A stretch of DNA of 64,000 nt from Lama guanicoe (GCA_013239625.1 MU054033.1:496001-560000), one strand, 5' to 3'; numbered from the stretch's first letter, positions 35,091-48,594 are shown. The notes: generated from the letters alone by a model not told the origin. Made by a program: numbers and translations.

Positions 35091-35568
35091 GACTGGATAA
35101 AGAAGTGGTATATTTATACAATGGAAGACTACTCAGCCATAAAAAAGAATAAAATAATTCCATTTGCAGCAACATGAATGGACCTAGAGATTGTCGTTCT
35201 AAGCGAGAAAGAGAAAGAAAAATACCATATGATATCACTTATATGTGGAATCTTAAAAAAAAAAGACAAATGAACTTATTTACAAAACAGAAACAGACTC
35301 ACAGTCATAGAAAATAAACTTATGGTTACCAGGGGAAAGGCGGTGGGAAGGGATAAACTGGGAGTTTGAGATTTGCAGATACTATTATGTATAAAATAGA
35401 TAAACAGCAAGTTTATACTATGTAGCACAGGGAACTATCTTCAATGTCTTGTAGTAACCTATAATGAAAAAGAATATGAAAGGAACATATGTATGTACAT
35501 GTATGACTGAACTATTATGCTGTACACCAAAAATTGACACAACATTATAAACTGACTATGCTTCAATT
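35091..35568 (+). mobile_element. 5'-truncated L1 3' end with TSD
   Basis: ORF2-end and 3' UTR motifs (TACTCAGCCATAAAAAAGAAT...CATTTGCAGCAACAT). AAAAAAAGATATT at 35078-35090 and 35569-35581; insertion at a TT/AAAA site. Confidence 0.92.
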
Positions 35569-36175
35569 AAAAAAAGATATTTTGAACTGAAGTAAATAAG
35601 AATTTTTACCTTCGTATGCAAACAGCAAAGATGTCTTATTGGGGGGAGGCATAAATAAGGTAGATGACCTCTGCCTCAACATTTTTTTATTTAAAACAAA
35701 AACTGCCCAGCTCTCCGTTAGCTTTTAGAAAGGAAAGATGCTGAGGAGGTAAGAAAAGGCATCCATATCTTATTGCATCCCTTCAACATCCTGATCACCT
35801 TCCTCTTCAGTTTATTATTAGCCTTCTTTTCAGTTGGTTATATTTTAGATGAGGTGGAGTAAGATGCAGTAGTGGTCCGGGTATGGCTGCTCCACGGTGA
35901 TTAGGTTCTTTCTTGTGCCCAACACCTTCTTTTTTCCCAAGGGACTTAGAAGATCAACAAAAGCACCCAGATAAAGCCCAGTAGATGAGGCCAGCCAGTG
36001 CCTGGAAAGGAACAGCCCTCCAGACACCGGAAGAGACTGAAGAGGGTGCCACCCTCAACGCTTTCCACTGTCACAACTTCTGGACATCTCTTCCCACACT
36101 GGATGCCGTATTGGGGAGAAGCCGGAGACAGTAATTCAAGAGGCTGAGAAGGGCTGTTGGATCATGATCGGATCA

Positions 36176-36360
36176 AAGATAAAAAACAAATTTCTCCTCT
36201 ATAGGGCAGGAAACTGTATTTGATATCTTGTAGTAACCTATAATGAGAAAGAATATGAAAACAAATATATGTATGTATATATATGACTGAAACATTACGC
36301 TGTACACCAGAAATTGACACATTGTAAACTGACTATACTTACAAAAAAAAGGAAAAAAAC
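36176..36360 (+). mobile_element. Short L1 3' end
   Basis: Same 3' UTR as 35400-35570 (GTAGTAACCTATAATGA...TGTACACCAGAAATTGACAC) plus an A tail. Confidence 0.85.
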
Positions 36361-36604
36361 CAAATTATTGGATCAGGCTAAATTTAACGTGGAGTAGATA
36401 CTTGGTTACTTTTTGTTTTCTCCTGCTAATAAGCAGAATGGAGCTGGAGAGAAACACCTGAGTAGTTATACATAATTTGAAAGAGCTGTTCTTGGAAAGA
36501 TCTGAGCTGCAGAGTGAGCAAAGTTTTGCAACATGGCTACATTGTTCTCAACATGCTGAGGGTGGAGAGACCATCATACTGGCTTAGTGGTCAGGTATAC
36601 TGAG

Positions 36605-37088
36605 TGCGGTGTTTAATCTATGTGTCAACTTTGACCAGATCACAGGGAACCCAGGTATTTGGCTAAACATTATTTCTGGGTGTGTCTGTGAGGGTGTTTC
36701 TGGATGAGGTTAATCTTTGAATCAGTGGACTGAGTAAAGCAGACGGCCCGCCCCAACGCCTGTGGGCCTCAGCCAATCCACTGAAGGTCTGAATAGAACC
36801 AAAAAGAGGAGGAAGCTGGAACTTGCTTTCTGCCTAATACCTGAGCTGGAGTGTGGTCTCCTGTCCTCAGAATGGGCATTATACCATCATCTCCTCTGAT
36901 TCTCAGACCTTTGGACTCAGACCGGAATTTAAACCACTGATTTTCCTGGGTCTCCAGCTTGCAGATAGTAGATCTTGGGACTTCTCAGCCTCCATAATTA
37001 TATGGGTCCATAATAAATCTCTCTCTCTCCATATAAGCGTATGGACATATGTCCTATCGGTTCTGTTTCTGCAGGTAATCCTAGTACA
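36605..37088 (+). mobile_element. MLT2 (ERVL) solo LTR
   Basis: TGTGTCAACTT...AAACATTATTTCTGGGTGTGTCTGTGAGGGTGTTTCTGGATGAG...CCTATCGGTTCTGTTTCT, the MLT2 pattern. Confidence 0.85.
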
Positions 37089-38150
37089 CTGGCCTGTGTG
37101 AGTCACCAGTGCATGGGCCGTCGTTAAGTCACAGGCGTGGAAAATATCTTCCCAAGAGGTTATGCCAGGAACAAAGAGATAGCACCTGGGCCAGCACCGC
37201 GACGTCCCGGTTCAGGATCAGGACGGAGTCTGCAGGTCACACGCCGAAGGAGAGGCCAGAGCGGGAGCAGCAGGACCAAGAGGCCAGGGCGGCACGAAAG
37301 CCAGAGCGCAGCCGCGTGAGAGAACTGAGAGGAAGGAGTGGCATTTTAAACAGGATTTAGGCTTTTCCTCTCGCTGACTTGAGACATCCAACAGCCAGGT
37401 CTCTACGCTGACTTGCTTAACGTTCGTAGCTTCTCGGTATTTACTAGAAACGTCACTGCCTGGGGAGAGATGCAAATGGAAATGCGTATTGCTTCTGAAA
37501 ATGTTTTCCTTTGAGGCTTAGTGGGGAACTGACATGGTGCCAAAACACCCCTGCGCAGACTGCTTGTTGCTGGAAAGGGGGGAAGGCGACACTCACTGGA
37601 AGGCCTTGACTGTGATCAGCGTTACCAGCACCGAGAGTGGGCAGCCAGACACGGGCCGCCCCTTCAGCGGCACAACAGGAACGCTGTGCTATTACTGAGG
37701 AAGGGGTCTCGTCCAAAATGGTTAACTGAGTAGAATGAAGCCTTTCTGTTTGCCTTCCAGTTTATGGATAAATACAGGGTAAAGGAGCAAGTGAGGTATC
37801 TCTACAAGGAAACAGATAAAATCAGAAAGTGGAACACGTTACAGCACAACCATATTCAGTAGACAGAACACAGTGTGACTGTCTGTGCAAAAAGTGAAGG
37901 TCCTACGGAAAGGGGTTGGAGGGCACAAGAAGGAATTATGTTTTATTAAGAGAGATTATATGAGACAGAACAATGCAACATATAGTTCTTATTCGGATCC
38001 TGGTGTGTACACAAGAAAGCAGGTTTTGAGATCATTGGAAAATTTAACTGTGAATTGATATTGGAGATACTGGGGAGTTGTTAATTTTGTTAGGCATGAT
38101 AATAATCATGTGAATGTAAAGTAAAAGCTTAGTTTTAAAAAGGCGTCCTG

Positions 38151-38625
38151 TAAAGAAGTTGTGGTACATATATATAATGGAATATTACTCAGCCATAAAA
38201 AGAATGAATTCACGCTATTTGCAACAACATGGATGGACTTAGAGATTATCATATTAAGTGAAGTAAGTCAGACAGGGAAAGACAAATATCATATGATATT
38301 ACTTATATGCAGAATCTAAAAAATATACAAATTCTATTTATGCACTAAAACCAGACTCACAGATGTAAACAAACTATGGTTACCAAAGGGGAAGGAGTGG
38401 GGAGGGATAAATTAGGGATTGGAGATTAACAGACACATTAAAATAGATAAACAACAAAGGCCTACTGTACAGCACAGGGAACTATATTCAATTTCTTATA
38501 ATAACATATAATGGAAAAGAAGCTGAAAAGAAAATATGTATGTATGCATATGTATAACTGAATCACTTTGCTGTACATCTGAAACTAACACTGTAAATCA
38601 ACTACACTTCAATAAAATTTTTTTT
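38151..38625 (+). mobile_element. L1 3' end fragment
   Basis: GGAATATTACTCAGCCATAAAAAGAATGAA...GCAACAACATGGATGGAC...CACTTCAATAAA. Confidence 0.88.
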
Positions 38626-38849
38626 AAATGCTAAGTAAATCTCTAAAAATTGCATCCTGGAGTATTTTGAGGTGAATTACCATAATGTCTATAACTCACA
38701 CTGTGATACTGTAGGAAAAATGAGAGGGATGTCTTTGTTTTACAGAGATAAACAACAGAATATGTAGGGGTAAATGGTACCTCTGTAGTTTACATTAAAC
38801 AATTTCAACCCACTCCCGAGCAACTAACAAAGCAAACAGAGCAGACTCA

Positions 38850-39277
38850 GACATCACTAACGTTCACCAGTATCTGGTTGCCCCTCCTTTCTAATCCCTG
38901 GAGAATCACACCTCCCCACATTCTTGGAGTTAATACAGTCGTGGCTGGGTTAACAGATCTGGCAGATGAAATGTGAGCAGAAGTAATAACATGCTTCAGG
39001 GGGAAGGATTTAATCACCTGTATTGATTCTCCAGACTCCACTCAGTCTTGGCCACAGCAAACCCAGAGGCCTCTTGTTTTACTGTTGATATCATCGCATT
39101 ACAGACCCCCTGTCAACCTGGGCCCCCAAGTGATGCCTCGATGAAGCATAGCCCCCGATCTTCCCACCAACCTATGTTGAATGTATAGCAGAACATTGTG
39201 TTGCTTTAAAGGCCACTGTAAAGCCACTGGGGCTGTTTGTTACTAGAATATAACATAGCCTTTCCTGACTGATACAG
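38850..39277 (+). mobile_element. Old MaLR (MLT1-type) LTR remnant
   Basis: The 3' end GGGGCTGTTTGTTACTAGAATATAACATAGCCTTTCCTGACTGATACA is typical of MLT1. Confidence 0.55.
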
Positions 39278-40934
39278 TTAACAGGTATTAAAACTAAGTG
39301 ATGGGTATGCTTTATTATTCTCTCCAGTTTTCTGAATTTTTCTTACAATAAAAGGTCTAAAAATGATTTTCTTTGAAAATGAGTGTCTATTATCACTGGG
39401 ATTAGTTCAATGAGATTTTTGATTATTAACATCTTTTTTGTGAAGCTAGAACCAACTCCTTACTGTCAGAATAAAAATTTTGGAATATTGGAATGAGTCA
39501 GACTGCTTTCAAAATATATTCTGACTGACAAGAAGCAGAATCTTTGGATTTCAGTTTCCTTACTTATAAGATAAAGAGTTTTGACAAGACAGCCTCTAAG
39601 GTGCTTTCCATTTATGAAATGTAATGATGAAGCGATTCAGGTATTTAATAGCAATCATTTTTAAATAGATTTAAATATATACATGTGTTCTATGTAGTGG
39701 AATGTAAATCTATTTCCTTTTTTCTTTGAACTTAAATTTCTTCCTTGATCATATTCACTTTGTCGCTTGTATAGATGCACTGCTTAAAGAACACATTTTA
39801 AAGAAACATCGGGAGTGGAAAGCAAGGAAATTCTGTTTTGCCATCTCAAGGCATCAGCTGGAAATAACAGGCCAGGTGAGCAGCCAGTGCCCGCGAAGCG
39901 CCCTGGAGAGATTCAGCGCCAACGAGAAGAACTCAGTACCCGGTACACGGGCGAGTGTAGAGGCAGGCTATTTAAAGCTCTTATCCTTCGGAAGACAGCT
40001 GGAGCTATTTTAAATGTCCAAATAAGGACTTTAGTGCTATTTTTAAGGCATTAAATGAAATACCTGAACAGAAAAAGCAATCAAGAGGGGAGTGAGGGAA
40101 ATGTGAGCTGTCTTGATTGTGGTGGTAGTTTCACTGGTGTATACAGCTGTCAAAATTCATCAAATTGTTTATCTGGAATATGTGTAGCTTACTGTACAGG
40201 AATCATACCACAATAAAGGTGTTAAAAGTAAGTGAAAAATAAAATATTATTCACTGGAATAGTATACTTTAACAAGACTGTGGTAACTAAGAGTCAAAGG
40301 TTGGTAGCAAGCAATTCCCATGGTGGGACGTCTAGGCTCTACATGGAGGGAGCTCACTGGGGCAACACCCTTGACCTCCCTCCCCTCCCCACTCTTACCT
40401 TCGTTTCAGGGAAGAGAAGGGGCTCACGTGAGCAGTCATTTGGGGAGAAGACGCTGAGGGTTTGTGGCCCAGCCCCTCTCTTTTCTGTCTCTCTGTCGGA
40501 TCCACCTATCTGAGAAGTGTGCTTTCTCTTCTTCTCTGTGCGCTGAGTGTTAGGGCACCAGGTCCCCCCAAAGATGGGAGGTGAACAGTTATGCCAGTGA
40601 TGGCAGTTGTCCGGTACTGACAGTGACCGAGTGGGTAGGCCCGGTTCTCGATCCTGGCACCGGCAGGCCCATTTGGCTGCAGATGGAAAGCCACCCTTGC
40701 TAATCACCCTGACAGTGATCAGAGTAATAGAGGAAGACTCGAGATCACACAAACACGATGTTGATTCCCTACTCTCTCCTCCATTTCTCAGCAGGTTGGG
40801 GTCAGGGTATCGCAGTGCAATGTGCATTTTTGAATTGTTTGCTAATATTCAATGGTGCTATAGAAGCTGAGAAAACAAGAGGAAAGAGGAAAGCCGTAAG
40901 ACAGATAGGTAAGTATGACTGTAAGAAAAAGGTT

Positions 40935-41552
40935 TGGATAAGTAGTTAGTAAGTATGTAGAGTGGAAGACATATTGGCAAAATTCCTAAGATGTGTAGAT
41001 AAAGATAAGTTCACGAGCAAAGCACGTGTGTGCTAAACACAGATAAAAGAGGAATGAAAAGACCAATAAAACCCTAAAATCCATGACCATAAATATTCAC
41101 GAGGCACTAAATACTCATGAGGCACTAAATATTCACGAGGTTTTAATTCAACCGCTCCTCCTAGCCCTATGTGTACCCAGCCTAAGAAACGTAACCTGCA
41201 GCTGCTCAGCAAACTTACTGGCCATCAGCGACAGAGCCAGGCATCCGTGTCCCATTGGCCACAGGCAGCTTCTCTGATTGCAACTCCTTACTCAAGCCTC
41301 AGTTCTGGTCCTCAACAACACCATGACAGGGACACTGATGCGGCAGAAGACGTGAACATTGTGTAACCAGCATCCAGACCATGGCCCTCCCACCCTGAGT
41401 CTGTTAACTCACCCTATACCTTTCCCCTTCTTCTCCCTGCATGTTTGAAATTGACTTAATGAATTCAGAGCTTGGAGCAGTTGCATTTGGCTGGTAAGAC
41501 CATCTGCGCCGTGACCTCCGGGACCGCTTGGCTGGTGATGTCCAGCTGGCAA
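40935..41552 (+). mobile_element. Probable ERV LTR remnant with an internal 18-bp tandem repeat
   Basis: TAAATATTCACGAGGCAC about 2.8 times at 41090-41140, ATTGG boxes, LTR-like composition. Boundaries approximate. Confidence 0.45.
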
Positions 41553-41737
41553 TGAGCACAGAATGAATCTCAACTAAGTTAACAGGAAAACCAGGTCACA
41601 GTGGAGAAATGCTGTCAGAAATTCAAGCCATATTTAAAAAGAAAAACTCCAGCCTAAGAGGACCTTGGAAAAAACTGACTCATGGTTGAGTGTAGAAAAG
41701 GCATTAAACAAGAGATTAGAGATAAATCCAAGTCAAA

Positions 41738-41990
41738 GGGAGGGTATAGCTCAGTGGTGGAGTGTGTGCTTAGCATGCCTGGGGTCCTGGGTTCAATCCT
41801 GGGTACCTCCATCAAAAATAGTAAGTAAATAAATCAACCTAATTACTTCCCCCCAAATAAAGATATATAAAATAATAATAAAGTTTTAAAAAGTCAGTCT
41901 GTATATTAAGAAGGGAAAAAAAGAATCTATTTTTTAAAAAAAAATAAAAATAATGATAAAAATAAATGAAAAGAAAAAAGAAAGAAAGAA
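41738..41990 (+). mobile_element. tRNA-Ala-derived SINE (Vic-1-like) with a long A-rich tail
   Basis: GGGAGGGTATAGCTCAGTGGTGGAGTGTGTGCTTAGCATGCCTGGGGTCCTGGGTTCAATCC. Confidence 0.9.
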
Positions 41991-42564
41991 AGTCAGGTCA
42001 AAATTCAGTGAAGACCTGATTAAATCTACACAGGAAAAAAAACCCCTAAAATCCCAAACCTAAGGAGATGGCATCACTGTTAGGGGGAGCTGTGACTAAT
42101 ACGTATGGGCTGAGGTGCGTGGCATAGATCAAGTTAAAGCTGCAACTGCCCACCCCGGGAGCTGAGCCTGAAGGGCTCTGACATCCGACCTCCCAACTCT
42201 GCACAGAGTGTGTGAAGGGGAACACTGTGATTGAGCAAAATAGCTTCTCCAAAACCCGACAATACTGCTCACGGTGGTGTCATTTATCACAGAAACGAGG
42301 AACTTATACCAGACCAGACTTAAATGAATAAAGAATCTAGTCAAATATTAAAAAGAAACACGATGAGCTAGTGGAGTGAAAGAAAAAACTACTCCAGGCC
42401 ACTCCATCACTAGTTTTTGTTCTTTCAAAGATGTCTTATAATGGAATCACACCGTGTTTAACCACTTAAGCCAGGCTGCTTTTACTGGGCATAATACCTT
42501 TGAGACTGATCCCAGTTCTGTGTGTATCAATCGTGTGTTCCTTCTCACTGCTGAGCGGAATTCA

Positions 42565-42820
42565 AAAAAGCAACCAGCTCACAGAAATAGAGAACAAACT
42601 AGTGGTTACCAATGGTGAGAGGGAAGAGGGGAGGGACAAGTTAGGAGCAGCAGGTTAAGATGTACAAACTTCTAAGCATAAAATAAATAAGCTGCAAGGA
42701 CGTATTGTACAGCACAGGGAACATAGCAAGTATTTTATAATATCTATAAACGGAACATAATCACTATGTTGTACACCTGAAACGAATACTGTAAATAAAC
42801 TCTACCTCAGTCAAAAAGAT
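42565..42820 (+). mobile_element. L1 3' UTR fragment
   Basis: CTCACAGAAATAGAGAACAAACTAGTGGTTACC...TGTACAGCACAGGGAA...TGTACACCTGAAAC. Confidence 0.8.
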
Positions 42821-43229
42821 CTTAAAATTATATTCAAAGTGTAATCATTGTTGCTTTTAAAAATCAAAGGGATGGCATTTAAAAATCATGTGCAGATAGT
42901 GGAAGTGAAATAACCAAGTGAAAATGATTGATACTCTTATGTGAAGTTTACAAGAACCAGTCCTTTTATAAAGCAGAAGTTACTCTTTAACTTAGTTAAA
43001 TACTTCTGTTTCTGTTTTCCTCCATTAAAATATTTTTAAACAATAATTTATCCAACCCATAAGACCAAAGGAGGAAATTTAGAACGTTTGAAATAATAAG
43101 GTTAGAGATAAGAGATACAGATATTTTTGAAGCCAACTTTGCAAAACTAATATAATTTGCCCAAGGGTTCATGTAAAGTGAGACTATTCTTCATGCCATT
43201 TTAAGTAAAATTTATAGTGGTTTGTTTTA

Positions 43230-43495
43230 TTTTTTAGATTCCACATATAAGCGATAACAGACAGTATTTATCTATCTCTGTGTGACTTATTTTTCCAAAC
43301 ATGATACCCTCCAGGTCCATCCATGTTGTTGCAAATGGAAAAATTTCATTATTTTATGGCTGAGTAGTATTCTATAGCTGAGTATACATTCCATACACAC
43401 ATACACACACACACACACACACACCATATCATTATCATTCACCTCTTGATGGACACTTAGGTTGCTTCCATTTTTGGCTATTATAAATTTCTGCA
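43230..43495 (-). mobile_element. L1 3'-region fragment with an internal (CA)n
   Basis: TTTTAGATTCCACATATAAG...CCAGGTCCATCCATGTTGTTGCAAATGG...TTTTATGGCTGAGTAGTATTC. Confidence 0.85.
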
Positions 43496-43599
43496 TTGAC
43501 AGACCAACATTTACAGCTTACTTAACCTATGTTTAATAGTATTGACTTTAAAATAATTTTTTCCCCTGCATTTTGGTTCACCTAGTTAGAGGAGATGGC

Positions 43600-44900
43600 C
43601 TATGCGTTCTAGCAACCCGCTCCCTCTGGTCACCACGGCTCTGTGCTCTAGGGCTGTTCCCTACGTGGGCTGCACGGGTCCTTGTGTGGAGGCTGCTGGC
43701 TGCTGGTTTGCAGGGGCGGGTCGCGAGGCAGCTGCCTTTGGGACCCTAGGAGGCCCCAGGGCTAGTGCTGGATCACTATTGGGTGGATTCAGGGTCCAGG
43801 AGATGCCAGCACTGGTGCCTTCCCACCAGCGGGCAAAGCCAAGTCCTGCAGTCTGGCTGCAGGGCCCAGCAAGTCCCAAGGCTGGTGCTGGCCTGCTGGT
43901 GCGTGGCCTGGGTCGCTGTGGGGCTGCAGTTGTCCCGGGGCTGCTGTCCACCTGGTGGTGAGGCTGGTCCCAAGGCTCCCTGGTGAGTATGACCAAGGCC
44001 CAGGGGATTCTGGTGCTGACAGATGAGCAGTGTCCTCACGCCTGTGGCTTGCAGGTCCCTTGAGGTCCCAGGTCGGGTGACTGCACACTGGTGTGTGGGG
44101 CCAGGTCCTGGGTCCTCTGGTGGGCAGGGCCACATCCAGGGGCAGCTGTGGGCTCAGGGGGCCTTAAGGCAGCCTATCTGCTTGTGGGGGATTGTCCCTG
44201 CCCAGTTAGTTCCTTGGCCTCCGGCGTCCCACTACTGGTGCCTACAGGCTGGTGGGCAGGGGTGGGGCTGGGTCCTAAATGGCGCTTGCCAGCACCAGTG
44301 TCCACGTCGCAGAACCAAGCCGAGCTCCCCAAAATGGCTTCCTCCAGTGTCCATGTCCCCAAGATAAGCTCTGGTCACCGCCTGCCCATCCAGGAGACTC
44401 TCAGAGATCAGCCGGTGGATCTGACCCAGGCCCCTTCCAAATTCCTGCTTCTGCCCTGGGCCCCAGAGCAAGTGAGATTTTGTGTGCCCTTTAAGAATAG
44501 GGTGCTTCCCACTGCCCTCTGCTCTCCCAAAGGTAGCACACTGCACTTCAAAGCCAAACATTCTGGGGACTCACCTTCCTGGGAGAGGACCCCTGGGTCG
44601 GGGAGCCCAATGTGGGGTTCTGACCCCTTTGGGTCCTTTGGGAAGAACCTCTACAGCTGTAATTTTTCTCCCGTTTGTGGGTCACCCTCCCCGGGGGTGT
44701 GGGTCTTGACTAAACCGTAACTCCGCCCCTCCTGCCCAGCTCCGTTGTGGTTCCCTCTTTACATATTTAGCTGTACATTTTTCCTGGTAGGTTCTGGTCT
44801 TTCTCATTGATAGCTGTCCTGTAAACAGATGTAATTTTGGTGTGCCCATGAGAGGAGGTGAGCTCAGGGTCTTTCTACTCTGCCACCTTGGGAACTCGCC
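43600..44900 (-). mobile_element. GC-rich L1 5' UTR of an older mammalian L1 family
   Basis: The reverse complement begins CCCAAGGTGGCAGAGTAGAAAGACCCTGAGCTCACCTCCTCTCATGGGCACACCAAAATTAC, as in L1 5' ends I recall. No ORF1 follows. Confidence 0.7.
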
Positions 44901-45117
44901 CAAGTTTTGAGATCTTTAACTGACTTTAAGACCTCTGAGAATGATGCTAAGTTAATGAATAACACTGTCACCGGAGATCTTTGGTGATTAAAACGCATAA
45001 ATATAAATGGATTACAAAAATGACTGATCTGTCTAGAATGCATATCTGCTTTTTGCAAAGCTCCAATTAAGACAGTAAATTTATGCGAGATATAGTGCCT
45101 TGTATATAACATTCATA

Positions 45118-45219
45118 AGGTAAATTTATTTTATTTATTTTTTAATGGAAATATTGGGGATTGAACCCAGGGCCTTGTGCATGCCAAGCACGCACTCTAC
45201 CACTGAGCTACACCCTCCC
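45118..45219 (-). mobile_element. tRNA-Ala-derived SINE (Vic-1-like)
   Basis: Reverse complement reads GGGAGGGTGTAGCTCAGTGGTAGAGTGCGTGCTTGGCATGCACAAGGCCCTGGGTTCAATCCCC. Confidence 0.9.
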
Positions 45220-48200
45220 TCAATTTTAAAAAGCTGAAGTGCCAAAGTTTAAGTTTTTAGCTAACTACATATGTGTATTTAAACCAAAATTCATATAAAA
45301 TGTTTTAAACTGAAAAAGCTTATGAATAATATAAGAGCAAATAGTTCAGATAAAAATCATTTTGATATCTATATGAATATACACTCTACTCTTCAAAGAA
45401 AAAGGAAACAATTTTGTTTTCTGTCTTCTGTGGAGGACAGAACCCCACAGCTAACTCTTCTCTCTCAAGGAGTCAGCTTTCTGACAGTGTTCTCTTTATA
45501 GCTTTGCATTAATTTCTTGAATCATTTTAAACAAAAATCTCTTTTTTAAAAAGCTGAATTTTCTTACTACTATACTTAATCTAAACCTTGCTTTCCTGGC
45601 TTAGTAATTTCCTGTCTTAAAAACAATGATATATGTTCATATCCTGATGTGATTAAATGTTGGGCAACTCTCTTTTGATATTTCCTTCCATTAATCTAGG
45701 TCCACACTTAAAACAAAACTGTAGATCAAAAAAGAGAGACTCGACTAATTATGTAGTGGTAAAATGTTATCAGTATGTATATACACATATACATATAAAA
45801 TGTATCAAAACGTATAATGATTGAGGCAAAATTGTTCAAAATCGATGTTTGTTTTTAGATACAAAACCCTGGTAATTTGGTGGCAACTGTAACACGTACT
45901 TCATGAAAGAGATCAGAGGCCCTGGACATTTGTCAATATCGTTATTGATCTTAAGTTTCTTCTCTCTGGATCATTCTTGGCTAAACGTACCCAAATAGGG
46001 GATTCCACTCTCCTCCATTCTGAATTAAATACCATCAACTAATCAGAGCTATTCGTTGCTCTCACCCACAGGCGATTTCATAAACTATAGATCAGAAAAT
46101 GAATTTCCTACAAGTAGCAAAAAAGAAAAAAAGCCTCAACAAAAAAATTGTACCAAATACCAGACTTCCCAAGGGACAAAATTTGGATTTCTAGGACTCT
46201 TTCTATATAGAAAGGGATGACATGCATCTTATGCTTTTTTTTTTTTTAAGCGTCTTAGGTAATTCTAATGTTTAGCTAGGGCTGAGAACTACTGACGTAA
46301 GGTATGAATTGCCCATCAGTTTTGCACACTCACCCAATATTGAGACTAGAAAGCCATTCTTAATATTAATGATCTAAGTGGTGTTCTCATCTGCTTGGAG
46401 CTCTTGAATGTGGAGCCCATGTGCATCTGGGTCCTGGAGCCCTGTGCTCTGCTTACATACATGTAGAGATAATTAGTTGCATTTTCTAGCAACAGAGTTT
46501 TAGCAGACCTTTTTGTGCAACTCAATTTTCTTATGAAAGATCACAGTATTAACCTCCTTTCAGAAGAGTATACTGACCATAGAATTTAAGTTTGTCAGAC
46601 ACATTTAAAGGAACAAAAACCTGTGTTATTAAAACCAAAAAATCAAATTAAATTAAAATTTGTAACTGAAAAGTAACTTAAAATGAGAAGTTTGCCCATG
46701 CTTGCCTGCCTGAAATGGTGGTTTCATTTTATTTAAATGAGACTTAGAGAAGTCCTTTAACTGGAAATGTTGTCATTTAATTCATGGACCCCATTGAAGA
46801 ATGAAGGGTTTAAAATATATGACTAAAGAAATGATTTCGTTAAGGATTCGTACAGCAGTGACAGATCAACAGATCAACTACTTGCTCTACGATTCTAATC
46901 GAAAAGTCAAATTATGAGTCTTGAGATACTTCTAAGATTAATTAGTAATTTGACGAGGTTTGGACCTAGTTCTAAGTAACTTCATGGAAAGCTATACACT
47001 GTATTTTTATTTGTTCAACAAAAAGAACAAATATTATCAAGAATCTAATTTGTATCAGGCCTCGTGGTGGACCTTGGGACAACACAGCCAATAAAACGTA
47101 CAAGAGGCGTTTCTGGATTTTACAACGTGGCAGTAGTTAGGTGTTGATCCTGGGAGTACCCAGAAAGGCCACAGACAGTCTTCGAAACAGTTCCGAATTC
47201 AGTCCGGACCTACAGACTTGAAAAAGAAGAGCGCTCAGCCCCAGCCATCAAAATCGGACGTGTGGCTCTTGATTACAAGTTCCCTAATCAAACTTCTGCC
47301 CCCGTGGGAGCACCTCAGTGGTGGGCTTGTTAAAAGCACATGTTCTTACTTTCGTATTTACTCTGAAACAAAGTCGCCGGCTTGTTCTTTGGGGCCGAAA
47401 ATGCCTTTTGACGCCAAAGGCCAGAAGATTCCAGGGCATCTGCTGGGTTCTGATAGATTGTCTGCCATGGGACTGACATCAGTCCCAGCGGCTTCCGGCC
47501 TCTGCCCCCCACCCTTAGGATCGACACCCCAAAACACCTGATATTTGAAGGGAACATCTTGATTGTTTTAAAAATAATTTGGGTGGCTGGTATGATGTTT
47601 TTGAGTTCTCCTTCTCTTTCTCTTTCAAGATGATTAATTTATTATTTCTAAGAACACTTTGATGTCTCCCTTTTTGCCTGGGTGACAACCACTACCATTT
47701 TCGTAGAAAAAAGTCAGAAGCTCCACGTTGGGTACTCTGCGGCAGCCTCCTGGGTGGAGGCCATCCACAGATGTAACACATGAGTGACTAACTTGTGAGT
47801 GACTAACATGACTTGTGGGGAAACGCAGAAGGCCCACACTGTTCCTGGTTATCAGGGCTTGAAAGTCAAGAGTTATTCTTCCCACGTCTCCCAAGGCCCA
47901 ATTTAACTCAGCTAGGCTTTCTATGTTGGAGATACATCATTAATCAAGTGACTTCAGTTGAGATGACATGTGTGGTCTTTCTACAGGACACATCTAGAGT
48001 AACACTGCTGATCAAAATAAAGTCTGTCTCATTTTCTGAATTATTGATAAATTCAGTTGCTTGATATAAACCAAGCATCCCAGGCAATGTGCTGCCCTTG
48101 GTGTGGCGATCAGCCAAAGGAAGTTTCACTGAGGGCTGAGATAAATCCAACACATTGACTTTTTCAACCTTGGTCCAAAATGAGACTATTCTCAACCCTC

Positions 48201-48594
48201 ACTACAGGTTGACAAACTTTAAGTAATTAATGATTTGAAAATGTTTTGTGCTCTGCATGAGAGAAACTTTGTTTCTCTCATAATAAAGATGCTGTAAATA
48301 TATGCTTCTGTGTTTTGATTAAACTCTGAGTCAATAGTCTACAATTAAAAAAAAATCACACATACCACTAGAAATAGGGTAAAAATTTTTACACATATAA
48401 TTTGATGTGTGCATATACATATATATGTATATGTTCACATATGCATATGCATGTGTATAAACATACACAAATAAAAGTTACAGGAAGAGGTGAAAATATA
48501 AGCAGAGGTCCTAATGTTGCTCTTCCTACCTCAGTGTATACTGTCCTAGACATCATTGCTCAATGCTAAAGTTATTGTATCTTAAAATTAATAA

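Noticed and set aside
43602..44720. Many overlapping ORFs of 100-209 aa
   Set aside because: They lie in a GC-rich L1 5' UTR remnant with no coding signature.
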